DNA of 64,000 nucleotides from the NCBI GenBank assembly GCA_031285625.1, contig JAITVV010000084.1, positions 32,001 to 96,000 of the forward strand, read 5' to 3'. This stretch comes from Prevotella sp. GTDB lineage: Bacteria > Bacteroidota > Bacteroidia > Bacteroidales > Dysgonomonadaceae. Within the stretch, counting starts at the first letter, position 1. Each line of letters opens with the position of its first letter. The notes beneath the pieces were generated by a model. The model made no database searches and was not told the origin of the DNA. It was given only the letters and a program-made list of their open reading frames with translations. Shown here piece after piece: positions 37,222-49,654 of the stretch. The position numbers and the translations under genes were made by a program.

Positions 37222-38790
37222 ATGATAAAGAAAATACAAAAATACCTGTTACTTAACTATCCTATATTATGGAATATAAGAATAGTACCTATGCTATTAA
37301 TATTACTAGCTGCACATCTTATATTTTTCATTATAGGATATATATCTACTGATGTAACCTTTGGTAAATCATATTACTACTATTACTCACCATCTCAAGA
37401 TCTGGGATTATTATATTTTGTAAGCATTCTCGTTGGTATATTGCTGCTTATAGGATGGCTTGTATATTATAGCAGAAACAATGGGTTTAAAACATTCTAT
37501 CCACGAAAAACATATCAGTTATATGTCGAATGGATTATGGTTTTCGTCATCACAATAGGAATTGCATTTATACCATACACCTTAACCAGTGGATATATAG
37601 CCCAATGGAAATCAGTCGCATCCAAAGAAGAAGCAAAAAATGCTTTAGTCATATTAGATATGGCATCTGTACTAATACCTTATGAAGAAGACCGCTACAG
37701 GTTCGACGAGGAATATGATAAACCAATTCCAATATCGGAGGAAATGAGACTTAATCCCGACAAGCTTAACCTAAATCAGTATTCGACACATTACAGCGCG
37801 GAAAACGGATTAGAGATAATAGGGTATACAGGTGCTTCCCTGGTTTTCTTCAAAGAATACAATTATGATTATTATCACTACAAAAACAGGCGGAAATATG
37901 CAGATCCCGAAACATTGGCCACGATAGAAACTCAGGAAAAAGTAAAGAAATGGCTTAGAGAGGGTAAACAAGACAGTATACAGACCATTATAAAATCCTT
38001 TAGTAAGTTACAGACAAAGCATAACCTGAGAGGAAACCTAAGTACTGATAACTGGTTTAAACGCATATATAATCCTCCTTTCTTTCCTGTATCAAACACT
38101 ACGAAAATTAGCAATTATGCACTGAATAGTAGCGACTATGATATCGAATACACCGAACCGGTGAGAGCAGCAATTGACGATACATATTATGATTATCCTA
38201 CTGCCGAGACGTACCCTACTCTGCCTTTAAATGAACTCAGAACAGGCTACGAACAAGTACTAAAATGCTATGATAATAATTATCATACAGAAGAGATAGC
38301 GCTTGTATGCTCATGTATTGCTCTTGCTGTTGCTATTTTCATATTCTCGTTCAGAACCACAGGTGGCAAATCATGGTTAATTTCTTTTATAGCTACAGGA
38401 GTACTTATATTTATAGTTGTCTTAACAGGAGTTGGCATTGGGGAATCAATGAAGTGGAGAAACGAAGAAGTCATCATAATATTTATTTGCTTAGTTTGGA
38501 TCAGTATATTTTTGGGCCTCCTAATCAGAATATTATCGAAAATCCGAAATAAGGACCAGAAAAGAAAATCAACCATTTACACAAATCTGCTCATATGGCT
38601 GACCCCTTGCATAGTTCCTCTTCTATTCCTTACAATTGTTGCTCACTCTGAATACTCAGATAGAGAATATTTTGAGCCAAAAAGCGAAGATGTTATGAAT
38701 ATGTTCTGGTTTAATATTATATTTACAGTTCTGGCTATGTGGTTTATCACAATGCTAGTACGCAAATGGAAAAGTTTACCTGAAGAATAA
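37222..38790 (+). CDS. Polytopic membrane protein with large extracytoplasmic loop; probable ABC permease partner
   Basis: About 3 N-terminal and 5 C-terminal hydrophobic helices; starts 15 nt after the ATPase gene. Confidence 0.7.
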   Translation: MIKKIQKYLLLNYPILWNIRIVPMLLILLAAHLIFFIIGYISTDVTFGKSYYYYYSPSQDLGLLYFVSILVGILLLIGWLVYYSRNNGFKTFYPRKTYQLYVEWIMVFVITIGIAFIPYTLTSGYIAQWKSVASKEEAKNALVILDMASVLIPYEEDRYRFDEEYDKPIPISEEMRLNPDKLNLNQYSTHYSAENGLEIIGYTGASLVFFKEYNYDYYHYKNRRKYADPETLATIETQEKVKKWLREGKQDSIQTIIKSFSKLQTKHNLRGNLSTDNWFKRIYNPPFFPVSNTTKISNYALNSSDYDIEYTEPVRAAIDDTYYDYPTAETYPTLPLNELRTGYEQVLKCYDNNYHTEEIALVCSCIALAVAIFIFSFRTTGGKSWLISFIATGVLIFIVVLTGVGIGESMKWRNEEVIIIFICLVWISIFLGLLIRILSKIRNKDQKRKSTIYTNLLIWLTPCIVPLLFLTIVAHSEYSDREYFEPKSEDVMNMFWFNIIFTVLAMWFITMLVRKWKSLPEE

Positions 38791-38802
38791 AGCTTAAATA
38801 AA

Positions 38803-38837
38803 AACAAACCCTGATATTAGAGTATCAGGGTTTTGTT
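38803..38837. terminator. Bidirectional terminator
   Basis: AACAAACCCTGATA...TATCAGGGTTTTGTT between convergent genes. Confidence 0.8.
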
Positions 38838-38856
38838 ATTATATATACTATTCACT

Positions 38857-40050
38857 TTACATTTCTAAATCAACATCGAACAATTCATGCCAAGGTAATC
38901 CTTGTTTGTTCAACTGTTCCATAAACGGATCGGGATCAAATTCCTCGACATTATAAACGCCTGGTTTCCGCCACAGTCCCTTCATAAACATAATACCCCC
39001 TATTGTTGCAGGAACTCCGGTTGTATAACTTACAGCCTGCATTCCTGTTTCTTTAAATGCTGCTTCGTGCGAACAGTTATTATATACATAATAAGTGCGC
39101 TCTTTTCCATCTTTAATACCTTTAATGCGGCACCCAATAGAAGTCTCGCCTTTATAGTTTTCTCCCAGCTCACCCGGATCTGGCAATACAGCTTTCAAGA
39201 ATTGAATTGGAACTATCTCCACACCATTATATATAATAGGATCGATACGGGCCATCCCAATATTCTGAATTACACGCAGGTGAGTAAGGTATTCCTGCCC
39301 AAATGTCATCCAGAAACGTGCTCTCTTCAATGTCGGAAAATTTTTAACCAGAGATTCCAGCTCTTCATGATAGATTACGTATGATTCCTTAGGTCCTATA
39401 TTCGGATAATCCAATGGCTTATGTATTGCATGTGGTTCAGTTTCCACCCATTCCCCATTTTCCCAGTACTTCCCTTTCTGAGTTACCTCACGAATATTTA
39501 TTTCAGGGTTAAAGTTAGTAGCGAAAGCCTTCCCATGATCCCCTGCATTACAATCCACGATATCAAGATAATGCATTTCATCAAAATGGTGCTTTGCTGC
39601 ATAAGCTGTAAATACACTGGTTACACCGGGATCGAATCCACAACCCAATATAGCAGTCAGACCAGCCTCTTTAAACTTGTCCTGATAAGCCCATTGCCAT
39701 TTGTATTCATATTTTGCTTCATCTATCGGCTCATAATTGGCAGTATCCAAATAATTAACACCACATGCCAGACAAGCATCCATAATTGTAAGGTCCTGAT
39801 ATGGTAATGCAACATTAATTACCAGATCCGGCTTAAATGCATTAAAGAGCTTTTTTAAATCTTCTACATCATCTGCATCCACACGTGCAGTTTTTATTTT
39901 ATTTCCACCTATTGCTTCTGCAATTGCATCACACTTCGATTTTGTACGGCTAGCCAGCATAATCTCTGAAAAGACATCCATATTTTGTGAGACTTTATGC
40001 GCCACTACGGTTCCGACTCCACCAGCACCGATAATTAAAACTTTTCCCAT
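38857..40050 (-). CDS. Carboxy(nor)spermidine dehydrogenase (saccharopine dehydrogenase family)
   Basis: IIGAGGVG, NVALPYQD, YLDTANYE, GCGFDPG, DCNAGDHG, ATNFNPEINIRE, HEELESL, QAVSYTTGVP. Confidence 0.88.
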   Translation of the reverse strand: MGKVLIIGAGGVGTVVAHKVSQNMDVFSEIMLASRTKSKCDAIAEAIGGNKIKTARVDADDVEDLKKLFNAFKPDLVINVALPYQDLTIMDACLACGVNYLDTANYEPIDEAKYEYKWQWAYQDKFKEAGLTAILGCGFDPGVTSVFTAYAAKHHFDEMHYLDIVDCNAGDHGKAFATNFNPEINIREVTQKGKYWENGEWVETEPHAIHKPLDYPNIGPKESYVIYHEELESLVKNFPTLKRARFWMTFGQEYLTHLRVIQNIGMARIDPIIYNGVEIVPIQFLKAVLPDPGELGENYKGETSIGCRIKGIKDGKERTYYVYNNCSHEAAFKETGMQAVSYTTGVPATIGGIMFMKGLWRKPGVYNVEEFDPDPFMEQLNKQGLPWHELFDVDLEM

Positions 40051-40175
40051 TATTGCATTTTTAATTATTAAAACACTTTTCTTAATTTCCAGATCAGTCA
40101 GATATTCATGTATTAATATACAACATTTGTCTGTTTGAATAACAAAGGTATATATTATTTGGATGCAATGAAATA

Positions 40176-41993
40176 TTATTTTTTCAAGAAGTCTTGAGGA
40201 TAATATTCTTGATATCTTGTCAAATATTTTGTTTCATATATTCCTACATTTTCATTTATTATATCGATATATTCCTTCTTAGTTCTGAAACCATCCTGAA
40301 AAACATCACCTCTTGGCTCAATGGTCTTTATACTCTGAATTTTATATCCCATAAACGGCTCGAAAGGCAATCCTATCGGACTCGTCGCCGGAAGAAGATC
40401 ATAAGACGCAACTAAGTCATCTTCCAATAAGTAAAAAACAATATTACCTACCTGAAATTCTGAATATTTAATTTCCGGCTGGTCTCTCTCCGGTAAATAA
40501 CATATCTTTTGTAGTATATTTTCTGGTAGTTTGTCATAGTTATAGGAAATAGGAATAATAACAAATGAGAAATTTACAACCAAGAGTATGCATGCTGTTA
40601 TTTTACCAAGCTTTGGAAATGTTAAATTATGCCGATTACAAATAAATAGAATAACATAATATATTATTAACACACAACCGAATATATATTGATTAAAAAA
40701 TCTGAAATCAGGCGCTGATATTATTCCCAAAATAATACATTGCAAAGATACCCAATAGACTAAATAAATTTTCTTATCAATTTTACTTTTCAGCATAGCG
40801 TATATGACTATTAATGGAGAAAATAAAACAATTAAAAAGAGTACTATATTCGTAGTAACATTATAAAAATGAAAATCGGCAGGTAAGAATTCCAAATTGA
40901 TCATATAATAAATATATTTTACATCATAAATATACTTTGCCCAATGATATACATGTGCCCTTTCCAGCAAAGCTGTTCCCTTGGGCATTTTCCAATCAAA
41001 TGAGAATATATCGATAGCATCGAAAGGATATATCAGATATCCGGTTATTATAACATTGCGTATACACCAAAGACTAACTATGCAGAAGGCAAAGGCAATG
41101 ACAAAAATTACAATCCTCCATTTTTTTTGCTTTACAAGGTATATCAATACTCCGAGACTTACAAGACAAAAAATCACAGAAGAAAGTTTGAATGTGATTA
41201 ATACAATAGGCAAGAGCACAGACAGCAAAGGCTGTTTGATCAGCCAATTGGGGGTCAATATGGTTTTTGCGATGTAGTAAAACACAAATAAGAGTGGAAT
41301 AACATCCGTATTTGAATCTGTAAACATATACGAACTTGTTAATATTATTATATAGAGAAACGCCATTAAAATAATATAGATAATAGAATATCCTGATCTG
41401 AACAGATTAACTAATACCCATATTGTAATCGAAGCAAACAACACTTATTGCACACTCCCATATAATACTTCTCCAAATAAGAATCGAAAACTAAAAACCG
41501 AAGAAAGCAAAAGGTAATTTGAATTAAAACCAAACCGGCTTTCAATATTTCCCAATCCGGGTATAACGCCATAATCTTCGTTACAGCGAATTTGTTGCCG
41601 GTGATAAGCCACAGAGTCATAAAAATTATCGGGAAACAATAGGAATACCAGAAATACAGACAACCACAGCATTATAAATGCTTTTTGCTTAAAACTTAAT
41701 AGTCTGTTTATATCTTTTAAATGCAAAAAATATTTTCGGAGCTTGTCCTTATTTAACACCCAATATATAATGCTGATAATAGTATAAATCAACAATACAT
41801 ATTGATTGGAGGGAAACCAAAGGGAAGAAAAAGAGATCAAAAAAGAGATAAAGCATATCCCTAAAAGAAAGGTGTCAAGAAAATTGTAATGCTCCTTGTT
41901 TTTACTGAACCGGTTATACAAAAGTAAAAACAAGTCGCCCAGAGAAAATGCAATACAAAGTATTACACCCCAAGCTATTAAGGTTGATATCAT
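40176..41993 (-). pseudogene. ~605-codon polytopic membrane protein interrupted by an in-frame TAA (GT-C-like membrane family by inference)
   Basis: ORFs 41445-41993 and 40176-41444 are in the same frame and abut at a TAA (41445-41447). Motifs YH..IR..YG.IPGLGN..RFGFNS, KLS, RNVI.TGYL.YP and APDFRF read as one protein. Confidence 0.75.
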
Positions 41994-42101
41994 TTTATTT
42001 AGTTTTGAAAGTTTGTTGTCTCAAGGTTAATTTTCCTTTAAAAAAGATAAGTTTACTTACTTTTTCTGCATGTAAAAATACTATTAAAAATTAATATTGT
42101 T

Positions 42102-42109
42102 TATATTTG
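42102..42109 (+). promoter_or_regulatory. -7 element of the atp operon promoter
   Basis: TATATTTG about 210 nt upstream of atpD. Confidence 0.55.
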
Positions 42110-42306
42110 TCTTCGGCAATTAGTAGAGGAGTCTGGTACCATACTTTATTCACATAGATACCTCAAACTTTTATTAATTCAGAAAAAAGCTCTGTTAGTT
42201 TCGGAGTTCTTTTAAATTTTGAAGAATTATAACATTATCGTTCTCAGAGTTTTATATATATAATTCTATACACAGAAAAAAGGAAATAAATATAAAATAA
42301 TAATAA

Positions 42307-43833
<1,527 letters not shown>

Positions 43834-43844
43834 AGAACTAACAT

Positions 43845-44093
43845 ATGAGAAATTCAGAACTTCAATTAAATATTATATCACCCGAAAAGAAACTGTTTTC
43901 AGGAACAGTTTCCTCGGTTGTAATTCCTGGAATCCAAGGTCGATTTGGGGTTTTTCCCGACCACGCTCCTATAATTTCCTCACTCAGCGAAGGTGAAATA
44001 ACCTACAATATAGGAGGAACAGAGCAATCCATAGAGGTAAAAGGAGGTATTGCAGAAGTAATACAGAATATCGTAACTATTTGTGTTATCTGA
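43845..44093 (+). CDS. atpC: ATP synthase epsilon subunit (short Bacteroidetes form)
   Basis: IISPE, PG..G.FGVFPDHAPIIS, GG; lacks the C-terminal helices. Confidence 0.92.
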   Translation: MRNSELQLNIISPEKKLFSGTVSSVVIPGIQGRFGVFPDHAPIISSLSEGEITYNIGGTEQSIEVKGGIAEVIQNIVTICVI

Positions 44094-44097
44094 ATTT

Positions 44098-44508
44098 ATG
44101 AACCAATTCAAGGCTAGATTATTTTCAGGATTAATAGGTTACGGACTACTGGTTGGAGCGATTGTAGCTATTATACTACACAATTTCTTTCCGGGATTTA
44201 GCTGGAACTGGTATTTAGGAATTTTCCTTTTCTTTATTGTGGTTGAAACCTTTATACTTAATCTGGTAGAAAAGAGCAGTCATAGTGAGGACAAAAAACG
44301 ATTGGTGAATATATATACCCTGACAAAAGCCATTAAAATAATATTGTCTCTGGTATTTGTTCTGGTCTATTATATTATAGAGAGATCATACAATATAAAA
44401 ATGTTCATCATCATATACATAGTATTTTACTTATTGTTTTTAATAGCGGAAACATTTTTGTTTACGAAAGTTGAAAAGCATATTAAAATAAAGAATAATA
44501 ATGAGTAA
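44098..44508 (+). CDS. 4-TM membrane protein in the atp operon (AtpI-like)
   Basis: Four hydrophobic helices; located between atpC and atpB; start at MNQFK. Confidence 0.75.
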   Translation: MNQFKARLFSGLIGYGLLVGAIVAIILHNFFPGFSWNWYLGIFLFFIVVETFILNLVEKSSHSEDKKRLVNIYTLTKAIKIILSLVFVLVYYIIERSYNIKMFIIIYIVFYLLFLIAETFLFTKVEKHIKIKNNNE

Positions 44509-45592
44509 TAGGATAAAACACATCACATTATTGTGTTTGCTGTTAATCGGTTTTTCATTTCCGGTAAACGCTGCAGACACAGAACATGGTACAGAAGATA
44601 AACTGGATATTGCCGGAATGATTATGGACCACTTGATGGATTCATATGAATGGCATATTGCGACAGCCGGAGAAACCCATATTTCTGTGCCGCTACCTAT
44701 TATCGTATTTAGTGAGACTAACGGACTAAATGTATTCATGTCCTCAAAGTTCCATCACGGTCATGAAGCTTACAATGGCTTCTATATTGCTCCCGATGGT
44801 GACTATAAAGGGAAAATAGTAGAAAAAAATACTGCAGGAGAAGAAGTTCGCCCGTGGGATCTTTCTATTACTAAAAATACGCTATCCCTTATTCTTAGCT
44901 GTATCATATTAGTTTCAATTGTACTTTCCGTGGCAAGTTGGTATAAGAAGAATAATAGTGAAGGTAAATATAAAGCACCGAAAGGATTTGTCGGATTTAT
45001 GGAAATGTTTACAATGAGTATTGTGGATGATGTGATAAAACCATGTGTTGGAAAGAATTACAAAAAATTCACACCATATCTGTTAACGGCCTTCTTCTTT
45101 ATATTTATCAACAACCTGATGGGATTGATACCTATTTTCCCGGGAGGAGCAAATGTAACAGGTAATATTGCCATTACACTGGTATTGGCTGTGTTCACAT
45201 TCTTTGCTGTTAACTTGTTTGGTACAAAAGAATATTGGAAAGAAATATTCTGGCCCGAAGTACCAACATGGCTCAAAGTTCCGGTACCTATTATGCCGGT
45301 TATCGAGATAGTAGGTATGCTGACAAAACCATTTGCATTGATGATTCGTCTTTTTGCCAATATCTTGGCAGGGCACTCTATTGTTCTCGGATTGATGAGT
45401 CTGATATTTGTAACAGCGACATTGGGAACCGTACTGTTTACTTCTATGACTTTCGTTTCTGTTATTATGACCATCTTTATGGATGTTGTGGAAATACTAG
45501 TGGCATACATTCAGGCATATGTATTTACTATGTTGTCAGCCGTATTTATCGGTCTGGCCCAAGTAGAACCACACCATGCTGAAAAGCATTAA
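44501..45592 (+). CDS. atpB: ATP synthase Fo subunit a
   Basis: NNLMGLIP, NVTGN, KPFALMIRLFANILAGH, IQAYVFTML. Confidence 0.96.
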   Translation: MSNRIKHITLLCLLLIGFSFPVNAADTEHGTEDKLDIAGMIMDHLMDSYEWHIATAGETHISVPLPIIVFSETNGLNVFMSSKFHHGHEAYNGFYIAPDGDYKGKIVEKNTAGEEVRPWDLSITKNTLSLILSCIILVSIVLSVASWYKKNNSEGKYKAPKGFVGFMEMFTMSIVDDVIKPCVGKNYKKFTPYLLTAFFFIFINNLMGLIPIFPGGANVTGNIAITLVLAVFTFFAVNLFGTKEYWKEIFWPEVPTWLKVPVPIMPVIEIVGMLTKPFALMIRLFANILAGHSIVLGLMSLIFVTATLGTVLFTSMTFVSVIMTIFMDVVEILVAYIQAYVFTMLSAVFIGLAQVEPHHAEKH

Positions 45593-45648
45593 GAGACTTA
45601 ATTTGAAATAATTATAAGAAAAATAAAATTAATTAAATAACTAACTAA

Positions 45649-45924
<276 letters not shown>

Positions 45925-45940
45925 TAAAAAATAAAAAAAT

Positions 45941-46438
45941 ATGCTTTTAAAACCTGAATTTGGTCTTGTAGTATGGATGGTAATATGCTTCGGTATAGTA
46001 TTTATCCTATTGGCAAAATTTGGTTTTCCGGTAATTACCAAAATGGTTTCCGACCGGAAAAACTACATACAGGATTCACTGGATGCTGCTCAAAAAGCAA
46101 ATGAGCAGTTAGCTTCCATCAGGCAAACGAGCGATGAAATACTTTCATCAGCCAAAGCAGAGCAGGTCAAAATATTGAAAGAAGCCGCTGACACCCGCGA
46201 CCGCATCATTAATGAAGCGAAAGAGCAGGCTAAGGTAGCAGGAGCTAAAGAGATGGAAGAAATAAGAAAACAAATTCAGGCAGAAAAAGACCAGGCTATA
46301 CGCGATATTCGCCGTCAGGTAGCAGAACTGTCTGTTGACGTTGCCGAAAAAGTTCTTCGTGATTCTCTGAAAACCTCTAAAGAACAAATGTCAATGATTG
46401 ACCGTCTGGTGGACGAGGCTATGGTATCTAAATCTTAA
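45941..46438 (+). CDS. atpF: ATP synthase Fo subunit b
   Basis: N-terminal TM helix followed by a coiled coil; operon position. Confidence 0.93.
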   Translation: MLLKPEFGLVVWMVICFGIVFILLAKFGFPVITKMVSDRKNYIQDSLDAAQKANEQLASIRQTSDEILSSAKAEQVKILKEAADTRDRIINEAKEQAKVAGAKEMEEIRKQIQAEKDQAIRDIRRQVAELSVDVAEKVLRDSLKTSKEQMSMIDRLVDEAMVSKS

Positions 46439-46443
46439 TTGTT

Positions 46444-46998
46444 ATGAATGAAGGGATGATTTCTAAGCGATATGCTAAAGCGCTGCTGCTATACGCAGTA
46501 GACCAAAAAGTGGAAGACGCAATGTTTGCGGAAATGAAGAAACTTGCATCAGCATTTCTCCATGAACCCCGGTTACGCATGGCTATGGATAATCCTACAT
46601 TGAACACTGATGATAAACTAGGACTAATTAAAGCGGCTGTAGGAGGAAAACCCAGTGCTGAATTTGTACGGTTTATCGAACTTGTGGTAAAAAACAAGCG
46701 GGAAGTATTCCTCAGAAATATTGCATTATGTTATGTTGACCTGTACTGCGAAGCGAAACATATCAACACCGGAAGGCTGGTAACAGCAACACCTGTAGAC
46801 GATGCAGTTATAGAAAAGATGAAAGGCTTACTACAAAAAATTAAGCCCGGAACGCTCGACTTTGAAACAAGTGTTGACCCTGATATCGAAGGAGGATTTA
46901 TCCTTTTCATTGATACATACAGGTTAGACGCCAGTGTTAAAAACCAGTTGAAACGGATTAAACAAAAGTTTATCGCTGAAAACAGTAAGATTGGATAG
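46444..46998 (+). CDS. atpH: ATP synthase delta subunit
   Basis: RYAKAL, VDPDIEGGFI, DASV. Confidence 0.93.
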   Translation: MNEGMISKRYAKALLLYAVDQKVEDAMFAEMKKLASAFLHEPRLRMAMDNPTLNTDDKLGLIKAAVGGKPSAEFVRFIELVVKNKREVFLRNIALCYVDLYCEAKHINTGRLVTATPVDDAVIEKMKGLLQKIKPGTLDFETSVDPDIEGGFILFIDTYRLDASVKNQLKRIKQKFIAENSKIG

Positions 46999-47013
46999 TT
47001 AACTAATGTGTCG

Positions 47014-47076
47014 ATTAGCAAATTCGGGAATTAGCAAATTATTGTTTGCATTTTCATATTTGCTAATTTGCTAATT
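47014..47076. repeat. Compound inverted repeat in the atpH-atpA spacer
   Basis: ATTAGCAAATT twice (47014, 47030), then the overlapping inverse copies ATTTGCTAATTTGCTAATT (47058-47076). Confidence 0.75.
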
Positions 47077-47106
47077 TTCAAATTAAAAAATGTAACTTAG
47101 AAATAT

Positions 47107-48693
47107 ATGTCTGAAAATATAAAAGCAAGCGAAGTCTCCGATGTGCTGAAAATGCAGCTTGAGAACATAAGTAGCCGCGTACAGTTTGACGAAGTGGGTA
47201 CTGTTCTGAGTGTAGGAGATGGTGTTGTTCGCATATACGGACTAAAGAATGCAAAGGCTAACGAACTTCTCGAATTCGATAATGGCATTATGGCTGTTGT
47301 GATGAATCTGGAAGAAGACAACGTTGGTGCTGTATTATTAGGACCGTCAGACCAGATCAAGGAAGGATTTTCCGTAAAGCGTACCAACAGGATCGCCTCT
47401 ATCAATGTAGGTGAAGGTATGCTTGGACGTGTAATCACTCCTCTGGGTGAACCATTGGACGGAAAAGGTCCAATTACAGGCGAACTGCTGGAAATGCCGC
47501 TGGAACGTAAAGCTCCGGGGGTAATCTATCGTCAGCCCGTAACTCAGCCCCTTCAAACAGGGTTGAAGGCTGTAGATGCTATGATTCCTATCGGTAGAGG
47601 TCAGCGTGAGCTTATCATCGGTGACCGCCAAACTGGAAAAACAGCTATTGCGATTGACACAATTATCAACCAAAGAAGTAATTATGAAGCTGGAGACCCT
47701 GTTTACTGTATCTATGTAGCCATTGGTCAGAAAGCGTCTACCGTAGCTAATATAGCAGAAATATTGAAGGAAAAAGGAGCTCTCGATTATACAGTTGTAG
47801 TATCTGCTACAGCGGCTGAACCGGCTGCTGTTCAATACTTCGCTGCATTTGCCGGTGCTGCTATCGGTGAATATTTCCGCGATACCGGCCGCCATGCATT
47901 GGTTGTCTATGATGACTTATCAAAACAAGCGGTTGCTTATCGTGAAGTTTCCCTTATCCTTCGCCGTCCACCGGGACGTGAAGCATATCCGGGTGACATA
48001 TTTTATCTGCACTCCCGCTTATTGGAACGTGCTGCTAAAATCATCAGCCAGCAGGAAGTTGCCGAACAGATGAATGACCTTCCGGAAAGCCTGAAAGGCA
48101 AAGTGAAAGCCGGCGGATCACTAACAGCATTGCCTATCATTGAAACACAGGCAGGTGACGTATCGGCATATATCCCGACAAACGTAATTTCGATTACCGA
48201 CGGACAGATATTCCTTGACGGAGACTTATTTAATGCAGGTATGCGTCCGGCTATTGATGTAGGTATTTCCGTTTCGCGTGTGGGAGGTTCAGCTCAGGTG
48301 AAGGCAATGAAAAAAGTTGCCGGAACACTGAAGATAGACCAGGCCCAATATCGTGAATTGGAAGCATTTACCCAATTTGGTGGAGATATGGACCCTGTAA
48401 CAGCAATGACAATAGATAAGGGTAAGAAAAATACAGTATTACTCGTACAACCCCAATATGATCCTATGCCTGTTGAAAAACAGATTGCAATATTATATTG
48501 TGGAACTAATGGCCTATTGCGTCAGGTTCCGACAGATAAAGTACACGATTTCCAGACTGAGTTTTTAAGAACATTAGAAATGCAACATCAGGCTGATGTA
48601 CTGGATCTGTTGAAAAAAGGTGTTATCAACGAAGATGTAGAAAATATTATCAAGCAGATAGCTAAAGATCTTGCATCTCAGTATAAAAAATAA
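47107..48693 (+). CDS. atpA: F1Fo ATP synthase alpha subunit
   Basis: [31 protein letters not shown]. Confidence 0.98.
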   Translation: MSENIKASEVSDVLKMQLENISSRVQFDEVGTVLSVGDGVVRIYGLKNAKANELLEFDNGIMAVVMNLEEDNVGAVLLGPSDQIKEGFSVKRTNRIASINVGEGMLGRVITPLGEPLDGKGPITGELLEMPLERKAPGVIYRQPVTQPLQTGLKAVDAMIPIGRGQRELIIGDRQTGKTAIAIDTIINQRSNYEAGDPVYCIYVAIGQKASTVANIAEILKEKGALDYTVVVSATAAEPAAVQYFAAFAGAAIGEYFRDTGRHALVVYDDLSKQAVAYREVSLILRRPPGREAYPGDIFYLHSRLLERAAKIISQQEVAEQMNDLPESLKGKVKAGGSLTALPIIETQAGDVSAYIPTNVISITDGQIFLDGDLFNAGMRPAIDVGISVSRVGGSAQVKAMKKVAGTLKIDQAQYRELEAFTQFGGDMDPVTAMTIDKGKKNTVLLVQPQYDPMPVEKQIAILYCGTNGLLRQVPTDKVHDFQTEFLRTLEMQHQADVLDLLKKGVINEDVENIIKQIAKDLASQYKK

Positions 48694-48699
48694 TCAACT

Positions 48700-49581
48700 A
48701 TGGCATCTCTTAAGGAAATAAAAAATAGAATTGGCTCTGTAAAGAGTACAAAGAAGATTACTTCTGCAATGAAGATGATTGCTTCATCGAAACTGCATAA
48801 AGCTCAAAGTGCTATAAATAACTTCCTGCCTTATCAGCAGAAGTTAGATACTATTTTGACGAATCTTCTTTCTTCCGATACAAGCTATGAGTCTCCTTTT
48901 ATTCAAAAAAGAGAAACAAAGAGAGTCGCTATAGTTGCTTTTGCCTCCAATTCGTCTCTGTGCGGTGCATATAACTCGAATGTAATAAAGGAGTTTAATG
49001 CAACCTACAACAAAGAGAAAAAAGAAGTAGGCGCTGAAAATGTACTGATATACCCGGTAGGAAAGAAACTAGCCGACTATGTAAAAAAACAAGGCATCGA
49101 AGCCGAAGGTGATTACAGGGCCATGGCAGATAAACCTTCTTTTCAGGCTGTACAGGATTTAGCAAAAGAATTGATAAAGAAATATATCGATAATGAACTG
49201 GACGAAGTAATATTGATATATCATCACTTTGTATCTACAGCATCACAAAAGTTGAAGAATGTTCAATACCTTCCTTTCGATCTTGATCACAATAAAGGAA
49301 ATGAAGAACAAGCTGAAGATTTTATGGCAGATTATATTCTGGAACCTTCGAAAGAAGAGATATTGGATTCATTAATTCCTACTGTACTATATTCCCGACT
49401 GTATGCGGCATTACTGGATGCAAATGCATCGGAACATGCTGCCCGTACGGTAGCTATGCAAATAGCCTCAGACAATGCAGATGAAATAGCTCAGGAGTTG
49501 ACTATCCAATATAATAAATCGCGCCAACAGGCTGTAACAAACGAACTATTGGATATTATAGGTGGCGCTTCTGCAATATAG
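48700..49581 (+). CDS. atpG: ATP synthase gamma subunit
   Basis: KITSAMKMIA, LCGAYN, ASEHAAR, RQQAVTNELLDI. Confidence 0.97.
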   Translation: MASLKEIKNRIGSVKSTKKITSAMKMIASSKLHKAQSAINNFLPYQQKLDTILTNLLSSDTSYESPFIQKRETKRVAIVAFASNSSLCGAYNSNVIKEFNATYNKEKKEVGAENVLIYPVGKKLADYVKKQGIEAEGDYRAMADKPSFQAVQDLAKELIKKYIDNELDEVILIYHHFVSTASQKLKNVQYLPFDLDHNKGNEEQAEDFMADYILEPSKEEILDSLIPTVLYSRLYAALLDANASEHAARTVAMQIASDNADEIAQELTIQYNKSRQQAVTNELLDIIGGASAI

Positions 49582-49602
49582 ATAACCAGTTATATAAAAT
49601 AA

Positions 49603-49638
49603 AAACAGGTGGTCGAAAAATTTCGGCCACCTGTTTAT
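49603..49638. terminator. Bidirectional terminator after atpG
   Basis: AAACAGGTGGTCGAAA..TTTCGGCCACCTGTTT with A/T tails. Confidence 0.85.
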
Positions 49639-49654
49639 TTTTATTCCATACTCC

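Noticed and set aside
38857-40050. True saccharopine dehydrogenase (lysine pathway)
   Set aside because: The DCNAG and ATNFNPEIN motifs fit the carboxyspermidine dehydrogenase clade better.
47014-47076. CRISPR-like array
   Set aside because: The repeats are only about 11 bp, partly inverted, with no spacers and no cas genes.
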